DNA of 64,000 nt from Azolla caroliniana (taxonomy: Eukaryota > Plantae > Polypodiophyta). The stretch spans positions 6,138,001-6,202,000 of the forward strand of contig JBHGNT010000014.1 in assembly GCA_043228905.1 (NCBI GenBank). Reading direction: 5' to 3'. Below, piece by piece: positions 37,260 through 48,652 of this stretch. Numbering within the stretch: position 1 is the stretch's first letter; each line of letters starts with the position of its first letter. The notes under the pieces were generated by a model. It worked only from the letters and a program-made list of their open reading frames with translations, was not told the origin of the DNA and searched no databases. The position numbers were made by a program, and so were the translations under genes.

Positions 37260-37380
37260 CGGCATATCTAGGAATTCATCGAGTAAAGTGTGTTGACCTT
37301 CTAGGCTCGAGCAACTATTAGGCTCTCTTTTCTGAACTTCATAACTCCGTAGCCTTCATCATCTAGGCGACCTGTTGATA
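37260..37380 (-). pseudogene. Inverted Copia A fragment (GRLDDEG...MKF...NTLY)
   Basis: 37260-37352 is the reverse complement of about 42666-42758. Confidence 0.8.
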
Positions 37381-40300
37381 TCACGAGTCGTCTTGGATTG
37401 AGGACCCGGTTTGTGTGGATATTGACGATGGAAGTCTTCAAGAAGAGCACGAGCATTGGTCACATTCTCAATCGGTTCCCAAGTACGTTTGCTAGGACTA
37501 TAGCCTAGCCAATCGACTAGATAGTAGAGGTTGTTCCGAACAATCTTGGAATCAAGGATGGCGGCAACCGCGTACTCCGGCCCATCTTCAAGCTCGATCG
37601 GGGTTGGAGGTTTTATAAGACGTCCTGGGATTGTGCTCTCGTGGTAGGGTTCGAGGAGAGAGCTATGAAACACCGGATGTATCCAAAGTTGAGGAGGTAG
37701 ATCGAGACAAAAAGAGACATCATTAATTTGTCCAATAATACGGAAAGGACCTAATCGCCGATAATCCAACTTCTCACATGGGCGAGTAGTCTTGATGTGT
37801 CGTCGTAGTAGCCACACCCGATCTCCAATATTAAAACTGGATGGAAGTTGATGACGATCCGCATAGACCTTGTGTGTTTGTTGAGCTTGCTAGAGATGAG
37901 TAGATAAATCCGCTTGTATCTTGCATAACCACTCCAAACGATCCTCCGCGCACGGATTTGTGGACACCTCTGGGGTTTCAAGTACACTCCACCGGGGGTG
38001 ACATCCCGTATAAGCATAAAATGGCATAACTTTAGTGGATGCGTGGATAGAGTTGTTATAGGCAAATTCGGCGAAGTGGAGAATATCTGCCCAGTCGTCC
38101 TGATGATAACTGAGAAAGCACCGCAAATACTACTCCAACGTTTGATTTGTTCGTTCAGCTTGGCCGTCGGTTTGTGGGTGGTAGCCGGAGGAGAGGTTAC
38201 AAGAGACCTTGAGCATGTTAAAAAGGTGCTTCCAGAATTTTGACATGAATTGGGGTCCACGGTCGCTCATGATACTATCAGGAAGTCCATGATGCCGACA
38301 TACTTCACGCATGACAATTTCGGCAGTGTCTTCACTGGAGATCTCCTTAGTACATGGCAAGAAATGAGCCATCTTCGTGTATCGATCGACCACCGTTAGA
38401 ATTGCATTGAACCCCTTAAAGACTGGAAGATCTGTGATGAAGTCTAGAGCAATGGATTGCCACGGCTTGCTTGGAATTGGTAATGGTTCTAATAAACCAT
38501 ATGGATGATGCCTTGGCATTTTCGCTCTGTAACATGTATCACAAGTCCGAACAAAATCCTCGACAAATTGTCGCATACAGGGCCACCAGAATGATCATTG
38601 TACTAAATGTAATGTTTTAGTACTACCAAAATGCCCAGTTGTATATGTGTCATGGCAGTTTTGAACTACTCGAAGGCGGCAAGAACCATTAGGAACATAC
38701 AAAAGTTCTTTAAAGAAGAGTAATCCATCATGGTATTTGAATTGCCGATAGTCCGAACCTGGTGGTTGCGACTGTGAACACGATGCTCGAGAGGGATCAA
38801 TTTGTGCTAGTATAGCTTGGGCGAACGCATCTGTCTTCAAGTCTTCACGTATGGAATCCATGGGCATGTCAAAGATCTGTGTTGCTTGTAGTCGTGTTGG
38901 TCCCAAGATGACTTGTTTTTGGTTATCGAAAGCTGGCTCGCCGGGACGGGGTGCTAGATACGAACATCGTGATAATGCATCTGCCTTCCCTTAGTGCTTC
39001 CCCGGACGATATGTAATTTTGAAGTCGAAACACGTGAGGAAGTGGGCCCACCGAGCTTGACGTCGATTCAACACACGAGCATCCTGAAAGTAGGCAAGAT
39101 TCTTGTGATCACTACATACAGTGACTGGATGAGAGGATCCCTCCAGAAAAGGCCTCCATTGCATAAAAGAATCCACTATTGCCAACAGCTCCTTATCATG
39201 AATTTCGTAGTTAATTTCGGCGGTGTCAAACATGCGTGAGTGAAAAGCCACAGGATGTAGCTTCTCATCATTCCCCTGTTGTTACAGAATGCTCCCCAAT
39301 GCAAAATCCGATGCGTCAGCTTCGATAATGAATGCTTTTTCCGGATCGACATGAGCTAGAATTGGAGCCGATGTAAATGCCTTTTTAAGACTCTCGAAAG
39401 CCATGACTGTTTCTTCAGACCAAATGAACGGCCGTCCCTTCTTGGTAAGTTGTGTGAGAGGTAGAACGATCTTTGAGTAATCTTGTATGAACTTCCGGTA
39501 AAAATTGGCAAAGCCTAGGAAGCATTGCACATCCCGCACCGAACACGGAGTCTGCCATTCTACCACCGTTTTGACCTTAGCTGGGTCCATGGAGATGCCT
39601 TCTGACGAAATGATGTAGCTGAGAAATTCCACTTCGTTGCACCCGAAACTACATTTTTCCAGCTTTGCATACAGACCATGTTCTCGAAGTCGTTTTAGTA
39701 CTAATAGTACATGAGAATCATGTTCTTCTTGGGTCTTTGAATAAACCAGTAGATCATCCAAATAGATGATCAAACAATCATCCAATAGATCTCGGAATAT
39801 ATCATTAGCCATGTGCTGGAAGACTATTGACGCATTAGTGAGGCCGAACGGCATGACAGTATACTCGAAGTGCCCATATCTCGTGCGAAACGCGGTCTTC
39901 CATTCTTCTCCTGGTCAGATCCGTACGAGGTTATACGCTCCCCGTAAGTCGATCTTCGTGAAGAACCTGGCACCATTGATCCGTTCTAAAAGACTTGAGA
40001 TAAGGGGAAGAGCATACCTATTCCTGATTGTAACCTTATTCAAGCCACGGTAATCTACAACGAGACGAAGCGATCCATCTTTTTTCTTGATGAAGAAAAT
40101 GGGCGCGCCGGTTGGAGATTTTGAATGTCGAATGAAACCATTTTCCAAATTCTCCTCGATATAGGCCCAAAGGACTTCCAACTCGGTTGGTGACAAATTG
40201 TAGATCGATCCCCATGGCGGCTCTTTTCCTGGTTGTAAATCGATGGGGCAATCGTACGGTCGATGATGAGGAAGTGTGTTGGCTTGTACTTTATCGAACA

Positions 40301-42122
40301 CATCGGCGTAATGATGATACTTCTCGGGAAGTTGAACGGTGGATTCTTCTTTAGTGGTGCTGGAGGGGTTTACTGATATTGCAAAGAGGAACATTTCCTC
40401 CTCGCGCCCTTCTTTACGCAATTGACGTAGCGAAATGGTTGCCATCTTCTGTGTTGACCCTTGGGTTTGTCGACGCCGGATTTCTCTTGTTCTCCAATCT
40501 ATGTCTAGGTTATGTAACTCGAACCATGGTAATCCTAAAACTATAGGATGTTCTAGGATACTAATAATATTAAATGATACGACACATGCTAAGTTATCTA
40601 GGACAATATTAATGGGCTCTGACTCTTCTATGATATTTCCGGAAGCAATGGGACGTCCATCAATGACTACTACAAAGGCTAGACACTGGAGTTTTCTTAG
40701 GGATATCTTATGAGCTTGAGCAAATTTCTTATCCATAAAGCAAGAGTTAGCTTCGGAATCTAGGAGTGCTAGGACATGTACTAGAGGGGTACTTTTAGTA
40801 CTAACTATTACTTGGGCTACGAACACATCATTAACTTGCTTAGAGGGAATGGAACCACTAATGGGCTACACAGATCTAGGGCTGTCCAACCAAACAGCTC
40901 CTATTTTGGCTGGACTTAGTCATTTAACTCTTCTTCTAACTGACTAAGGACATCAAATTTGTTCGCTAGATCTGGGCTATTAGTACTATTAGGACTATAA
41001 GATATCCCTACTGAAATAGGCTCAGGTTTAGTACAATTAGAACTAGCGACTATTTGGTTTACCTGTCTTCTTGGCCTATGGGGGCAATTTATTGCGATAT
41101 GTCCTGGTCCACCGCAGTAAAGACATAGTCAATTTGTACGGCGTCGCTGCTTTTCTTCTTCGGATAATGGCCCTCGACGACGTGTAGTGTCAATCTCCAT
41201 CGGAGTCGGAGTATTCGCTGGAGGTGCATTATATGACTCCCTCGGAAAATGTCTTGCTACCACTGAGGCGTAGGTGGGATCTCATCTTGGCCTCGGCATC
41301 TGTAGCTGTCTTTCCGAACGTTGCTCAAAGAGGCGGTTGTCACATCTCACCGCGCGACTGATTGCTTATGTTAAGGACTTTGGCTCTTCGGGAAAGGTCA
41401 AGAGTAAATCCTTGACATCGTTGCGTAAACCATAACGGAATTGCTCCAACAACGCTTGATCATCCCAAGGGATATCGGTGGTGAGTAGGCGAAAATCTGC
41501 AGCGTATGCGGAGGCTGGACGGTCACCTTGGCGTAATCGCCGAATTTTGTTTATTGCGGTCCTGATGTTGTCAGTATCTCCGAAACATGCTTTAAACTCA
41601 CCTAGAAACTCCTCAAAATTGTTGAGTAACGGAGATTCCTTTTCTAGTGGAGCGAACCATGACAACGCTGAGCCACTTAACAAAGTGCCTACTAAACCCA
41701 CTCGTGATGCATCGGTGGGATATCGGGAAGGATGCATTTGGATAACTAATCGTAACTGGTTAAGGAACCCTCTAAACTGTGATCGCGTTCCATCGAACTT
41801 CGTGGGAAGGCCAATCTTAGGTTCTTTATGAATCCCTTGTGTTCTGGGCCCTTGTTGTTGCATCGCTACGATGGTTGCTTCGAGTTGTTGCACACGTAAC
41901 GCAAGTTCCCCATGTTGTTGTTGCGTTTGCTGCTTTTCTAAGGAGATTTGTTGAAGATCCCCCAGCAACCATTGGTTTTCTTGTTCCAAAGCATGGAACT
42001 TCTCTTTCAAGCATTGAAATTACGAAAAAACAGATTGATATTCTTCAGCGCTAACAGTGGCCATGGGATGAAAGAAAAGAGGAATAAGAGATTAGTAGGA
42101 AATGAGAGAGATAGAAGGTAGG

Positions 42123-42137
42123 AAAATTGGTTCAAAC
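42123..42137 (-). promoter_or_regulatory. Putative self-priming PBS of F (GTTTGAACCAATTTT)
   Basis: No TGG tRNA-type PBS. Twelve nt are complementary to minus-strand AAATTGGTTCAA at 42358-42347, which starts 33 nt downstream of TATAAAA at 42391. Confidence 0.72.
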
Positions 42138-42498
42138 TGTCAGGAACAGTACTCAGACAAAGAAGGAATTAGTACTAAACGAAGGATTAGTACTATGAGA
42201 GGTGTAGAACTTCTTCGAGAGAAGGAAGGAGTGAGCAAGACGGAGAGAAAGAGAGAGATCGAGAGAGAGAGAGAGAGTGATGATAAGAAAGATATGTATT
42301 ATATGAAGAGAATATACAATGGTGGCTAAAAGGCTTAAGACTAGCGTTGAACCAATTTGGTTCAACATAATGCCTAGTGCCCTCTTTTATAGTGTTTTCA
42401 GGAGTAATCCTGAAGCTTCTAGAATGTTCCAAAGAAATCTGGAATATACACTAATTTCCTAAAATAAAATGTAAATGAAAATAATATCTTACGTATTA

Positions 42499-42570
42499 CA
42501 ATAGATGGTCTAATGGTCAAGACCTCGACCCATATAACCTAAGGTCATGAGTTCGAGTCTTGCCATATCA
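42499..42570 (+). other. tRNA-like cassette in the U3 of the F LTR, antisense to the element
   Basis: A box TGGTCTAATGG (42506-42516) with D-stem GTCT/AGAC, AGGTC variable loop, B box AGTTCGAGTCT (42550-42560). Confidence 0.65.
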
Positions 42571-42759
42571 TGACAACCAATGTCGGATCGCAGTACTTCG
42601 TGACGTTCATAGACAACCACATCCGGAAGTTGTGGGTCTCATCGTTGAAGACAAAGGATCGAGTGCTACGGAGTTATGAAGTTTAGAAAAGAGAGCCTAA
42701 TAGTTGCTCGAGGCCAGAAGGTCAACACACTTTACTTGATGAATTCCTAGATATGCCGG

Positions 42760-45700
42760 GAAGAAATGAACGTAGCATCCGACACTGCCAGTGAGTTGTG
42801 GCACAAGAGACTGTGTCATATGAGCTAGAAGGGGATGAGAAGACTTGCCGAAGACAACCTCATGCCGCAAGTGAAAGATGTGCATCTTGAGAAGTGCACC
42901 AATTGATTGGCCGGTAAGCAAAACCTAACCTCCTTCCGTCATGAACACCGATGAGATGTAATGCACCACTAGAGCTAGTGCAAACCAATGTGTGTCAAGT
43001 GGACACGAAATCACATGCCGGATCGCAATACTTTGTGACGTTCATAAACGACCACAGCCGGAAATTGTGGGTCTCATCGTTGGAGACAAAGGATCGAGTG
43101 CTATCGGTCTTTAAGGAACTCCACGCGAGAGTGGAAAGAGAAACCGGACAGAAACTTAAAGGCAGTTCGAGTAGACAACGGAGGAGAATATTGCGGGCAG
43201 TTCGAGGAGTATTGTCGGTTGAAGGGAATCCGAATTAAATTCACCATGCCAAAGAGACAAGAATTGAATGGGTTGGGAGTCTAGATCATCCAATGAAAAC
43301 AGGTTTGAGGACACAAGGACTTACCCGGTTGAAAACCGGATGTTAGACGGTAAACGTATGACACTCGACGAACCGACCAGATATGGACAAGAAACCAAAC
43401 CGACCAAACCAGAAGAAGAAGAAGAAGAAGATACTGGATACGGAAAAGATCCTGAATCGGATGAGGATGATGAACAAACGGAGGAACTGGTAGTCAGACA
43501 CCAAGGACGGAGATATCCTCTCAGAGACAGAAGAGCCCCCCATAAATTTCCGGATGCCAAGCATTAGGGGGAGCCAGAAAGCATGGAAGAAGCATAGAGA
43601 GACACCCACAGCCACAAGTGGTTGAGTGCAATGAAGGCGGAGATGGATTCCCCGCATAAGAACCACACGTATGAACTGATATAATTGCCAAAAGGAAAGA
43701 GGGCACTCTAGAACAAGTGGGGGTACAAGCTAAAACAGGGAGATACCGGAAACCCATCGCGATACAAAGCCCGGATCGTGGTGAAGGGGTTTTCGCAGAA
43801 GAAAGGAGTGGATGTCGATGAGATCTTTGCCCCAGTAGATAAAATGACTTCCATCCGAACGGTGGTAAGCATTGTGGCAAGGATGGACCTCGAGGTAGAG
43901 CAACTAGACGTAAAGACGGCTTTTCTCCATGGTGACCTCAAAGAGGAGATCTACATGCCGCAACCGGAAGGATTTGTGAAGAAAGGGAAGGAGCATTTGG
44001 TGTCCCAACTGAAGAAGTGAACGTAACATCCGACACCACCAGTAAGCTGTGGCACAAAAGACTGTGTCATATGAGCCAGAAGGGGATGAGAAGTCTTGCC
44101 GAAGACAACCTCATTCCGCAGGTGAAAGACGTGCATCTTGAGAAGTGAAACAATTGATTGGCCGGTAAGCAAAACCTAACCTCTTACCGTCAAGAACACC
44201 GATGAGACAGAATGCAACACTAGAGCTAGTGCAAACCAATGTGTGTCAAGTGGACACGAAGTCACATGCCGGATCGCAGTACTTCGTGACGTTCATAGAT
44301 GACCACAGCCAGAAGTTGTGGGTCTCATTGTTGAAGACAAAGGATCGAGTGCTATCGGTCTTTAAGGAACTCCACGCAAGAGTGGAAAGAGAAACCGGTC
44401 GGAAACTAAAGGCGGTTTGAGCAGAAAACGGCGGAGAATACTGGGGGCAGTTCAAGGAGTATTGTCGATCGAAGGGAATCCGACTCAAATTCACCATGCC
44501 AAAGACACAAGAATTGAATGGGCTGGGAGTCCGGATCATCCAATGAGAACCTGTTTGAGGACACAAGGACTTACTCGGTTGAAAACCGGATGTTAGCCGG
44601 TAACCGTATGACACTCGACGAACCGGCCAGATATGGACCAGAACCGAACCGACCAAAGAAGAAGAGGAAGAAGAAGAAGACACCTGATACGGACAAGATC
44701 CTGAATCGGATGAGGATGAGGAACAAACGGAGGAACTGGTAGTCAGAAACCAGGGACGGAGATATCCTTTCCGAGACAGAAGAGCCCCCTGTAGATTTCC
44801 GGATGCGGAGCATGAAGGGGAGCTGGAAAGCTTCGAAGAAGCAAAGAGAGACACCCATAGCCAGAAGTGGTTGAGTACCATGGAGGATGAGTTGGATTCC
44901 CTGCATGAGAACCACACACGTGAACTGATGGAATTGCCAAAAGGAAAGAGGGCACTCTTGAACAATTGGGGGTACAAGCTGAAACCGGGAGATATCGGAA
45001 ACCCATCGAGATACAAAGCTTGGATCGTGGTGAAGGGGTTCTGGCAGAAGAAAGTAGTGGATTTCGATGAGATCTTGGCCCCAGTAGTTAAGATGACTTC
45101 CATCCGGATGGTGGTAAGCATAGAGGCAAGCATGGACCTCGAGGTAGAGCAACTAGACGTAAAGGCAGCTTTTCTCCATGGTGACCTCAAAGAGGAGATC
45201 TACATGCAGAAGCCAGAAGGATTTGTGAAGATAGGGAAGGAGCATTTGGTGTCCCAACTGAAGAAGTGAACGTAACATCCGACACCACCAGTAAGCTGTG
45301 GCACAAAAGACTGTGTCATATGAGCTAGAAGGGGATGAGAAGACTTGCCGAAGACAACCTCATTCCGCAGGTGAAAGACGTGCATCTTGAGAAGTGCACC
45401 AATTGATTGGTCGGTAAGCAAAACCTAACCTCCTTCCGTCAAGAACACCGATGAGACGTAATGCACCACTAGACCTAGTGCAAACCAATGTGTGTCAAGT
45501 GGACACGAAGTCACATGCAGGATCGCAGTACTTCGTGACGTTCATAGACGACCACAGCCGGAAGTTGTGGGTCTCATCGTTGAAGACAAAGGATCGAGTG
45601 CTATCGGTCTTTAAGGAACTCCACGCGAGAGTGGAAAGAGAAACCGGTCGGAAACTAAAGGCGGTTCGAGCAACAGAGGAGAATATTGCGGGCAGTTCGA

Positions 45701-46501
45701 GGAGTATTGTCGGTCGAAGGGAATCCGATTGAAGTTCACCATGCCAAAGACACAAGAATTGAATGGGCTGGGAGTCCAGATCATCCAATGAAAACCGCTT
45801 TGAGGACACAAGGACTTACCCGGTTGAAAACTGGATGTTAGCCGGTTACCGTATGACACTCGACGAACCAGATACGGACAAGAAACCAAACCGACCAAAC
45901 AAGAAGAAGAAGAAGGAGAAGACACCGGATATGGACAAGATCCTGAATCGGATGAGGATGAGGAACAAACGGAGGAACTGGTAGTAAGAAACCAGGGACG
46001 GAGATATCCTCTCCGAGACAGAAGAGCCCCCTTTAGATTTCCGGATGCAGAGCATGAGGGGGAGCCGGAAAGCTTGGAAGAAGCAAAGATAGACACCCAC
46101 AACCACAAGTGGTTGAGTGCCATGAAGGATGAGATGGATTCCCTGCATGACAACCACACGTATGAACTGATGGAATTGCCAAAAAGAAAGAGGGCACTCT
46201 AGAACAAGTGGGGGTACAAGCTGAAACCGGGAGATGCCGGAAGCCCATCGAGATACAAAGCATGGATCGTGGTGAAGGGGTTCTCGCAAAAGACAGGAGT
46301 GGATTTCGATGAGATCTTTGCGCTAGTAGTTAAGATGGCTTCCATCCGGATGGTGGTAAGCATAGAGGCAAGCATGGACCTCGAGGTAGAGCATCTAGAC
46401 ATAAAGACGGCTTTTCTCCATGGTGACCTCAAAGAGGAGATCTACGTGCAGAAGCCAGAAGGATTTGTGAAGAAAGGGAAGGAGCATTTGATGTGTCAGC
46501 T
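42760..46501 (+). repeat. Three head-to-tail copies of an about 1.25-kb Copia INT-RT segment
   Basis: Units start at gaagaa 42760, 44011 and 45260 (lengths 1251, 1249, 1242) and share the same internal deletion. Confidence 0.93.
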
Positions 46502-47740
46502 GAAGAAGAGCTTATACGGTTTGAAGCAATCCCCCCGACAATGGTACCGAAAGTTCGACTCCTTCATGACCGACCAAGGATACCATATGATGCAGGACGA
46601 TCACTTCGTGCTTGTGAAAATATTTGATGGAGGAGATTTCCTGATACTCGTATATTTGGATGATATGTTGATCGTCGGATGAGACCAAGGCAAGATTCGG
46701 ATGCTGAAGAAGGCTTTGAACCGGACATTCTAAATGAAAGACTTGGGTCCGGCAAGACAGATATTGGGAATGCACATCATCCCGGACCGGTCGAAGAAGC
46801 TATCGTGGTTGTCACGGGAGAAGTACGTGACAAAAGTACTTCAACGGTTCAACATGTTGGAGATGAAACGGGTCGGATCGACATTTTCGGCAAACTGCAA
46901 GCTATTTGAAAAACAAAGCCCAAGGACAAAGGCGGAGAAGACGGATATGATGATGATACCATATGCCTCTACCGTCGGAAGCTTGATGTATGCGATGGTA
47001 TGTACCCGGCCAGATATCGGATAGACAGTCGGCGTGGTGTGCCGGTTCATGAGCAATCCCGGAAGAGAGCACTGGAACGCGATCAAGTGGATACTCCGGT
47101 ATCTGAAAGGCACCTTGAGTATGTGCCTCCGGTTTGGCTCCGGTAATCCCCAACTTGACGGATTCACTGATTCAGATATGTCAGCTGATGCAGATACCAG
47201 CCGGTCTACATCCAGATATGTCATGACTTATGCAAGCGGAGCTGTTTTGTGGCAATTGAGGCTGCAGAAGACGTGTTGAGAGACAAGCTCAACATCAGCC
47301 GGTTCGGCTGAAGAAGCCGAGGACCGGATCGGTTGGGACCGATAGGTTAGGCCGAGTACGTAAACCGAGAGGTCGTTAGGAAAGATATTCCGTGAGGAAT
47401 ATATTTGGGAGTTAGTGTAGGAGCTCTTGATGAGCATTGAAGTACTGTCAGTACTTCGGTCAGTCCTTCTAGGACTTGTATAAAAGTGTTCACTGAGCGC
47501 GTCTTATGTACAGACTGAGTATTATTGTTGAATATAGTTTTTTGTGTCTTCTCTTTCACTCTCTTTGTCTCTCCCGTGTATACCGTGTAAGCTCAAGCTC
47601 TCCATTAAACCTGAGTGTTCTTCCTTCTGTTATGTCTTCATACTTGCTTCCGCACGCTACTTTCTTCATGGTATCAGAGCGCGAGGGTTGAGAACCTCTC
47701 TGTAGCCGACACAGCTTGACGAAGAAGAACGAGAAGAACG

Positions 47741-48652
47741 ATGGATAGAGGCATGGCAAGCTCGCTTCCAACAGAGAAGCTCGACAGAACCAACTACGCG
47801 TCTTGGTCCTACAAGATGCACCAGTACCTGCTCGGGCACGACTACTGGAGTTATGTCGAAGGAGCTAATGACGCGGCACCCGAATCGACACATAGAGACT
47901 TCCCGTCGTGGGAGCAATCGGCGAGCAGGGTATTGTACTGCTTTGCGTCGTGTGTGGGCAAACAACTATTGAGCTATGTTCGGGATGCAAAGACGCCGAA
48001 GGGTACGTGGGAAAATCTGAAGAAGATTTTCGCCGCGAGCACCACAGCTAGGAAGCTTCAGCTCTGACAGGACTTGAGCAACCTACGACAACGCGACTTG
48101 TCGGTGGCGGACTATACCTCGAAGATCAAGGATATTTGCGACTCCCTCGCCTCCATAGAGGTGAACATCGAGGAGAGCAAGATGGTCCAGATCTGTCTCG
48201 GAGGTTTGGTGTCGAAGTTCGGAGCGTTCCGAACGGCTGTGTGTATCCGGGAGAATACGCCGTCCTTTTTCGACTTATAGTCGATGCTCCTGGTAGACGA
48301 GAACCACGTGGGTGCGTCTACGAGCACGCACACCGACAACAAGATGTTGTACACGGAGGGAGAAAGGCCCTGTGGTCGTAGCAGATGAGGCGAGTCGGTA
48401 CGCAATGGAAGCGGCCGACGAGATCAAGGAAGAAGGCACCGAAGTGATGCCGACAGCAACTCCGGAAACAGGGGGAGTCGAAGCGATGAGAACCGGCAAG
48501 GGAAGGCCCACAGGGAAAGTGAGTGCTGGAAGAAGCGCGCCGATTCGGAGAGAACCGGTTCTGGAAACGGCTCCAGACATACCGACAAGGGAAATCGGCA
48601 GCGATCGCACTACGCCGAAGACTCCGGGAGAACCGGAGAAGGGCCTGCCTTC
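47741..48652 (+). pseudogene. G gag with in-frame stops and a partly deleted zinc knuckle
   Basis: MDRGMASSLPTEKLDRTNYASW; stops at about 48065, 48278 and 48387; same frame as pol. Confidence 0.88.

Larger units (their letters stand above)
37381..42575 (-). mobile_element. Tcn1-like chromovirus F: 5' LTR 42138-42575 and degraded gag-pol; 3' LTR lost
   Basis: LTR TGTCA...TGACA; gag EPKIGLPTKFDG...LLSGSALSWF; LLDSEA protease; YLDD; ADASD; group I chromodomain EYAVAAILDS...YLVDWLGY...TWEP. Confidence 0.9.

Noticed and set aside
42499-42570. Functional tRNA gene (also 5492-5560 and 4397-4458)
   Set aside because: Anticodon and acceptor arms are not intact; reported only as tRNA-like cassettes.
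44246-45190. Long antisense or alternate-frame ORFs (for example 314 aa here, 48731-49522, 13442-14089)
   Set aside because: Shadow ORFs of GC-rich pol or gag sequence with no independent motifs.
47300-47325. Hammerhead-like CUGANGA (also near 52086 and on the minus strand near 56850)
   Set aside because: The motif lies inside a short cggct/agccg hairpin and I could not build stem II, GAAA and stem III around it.
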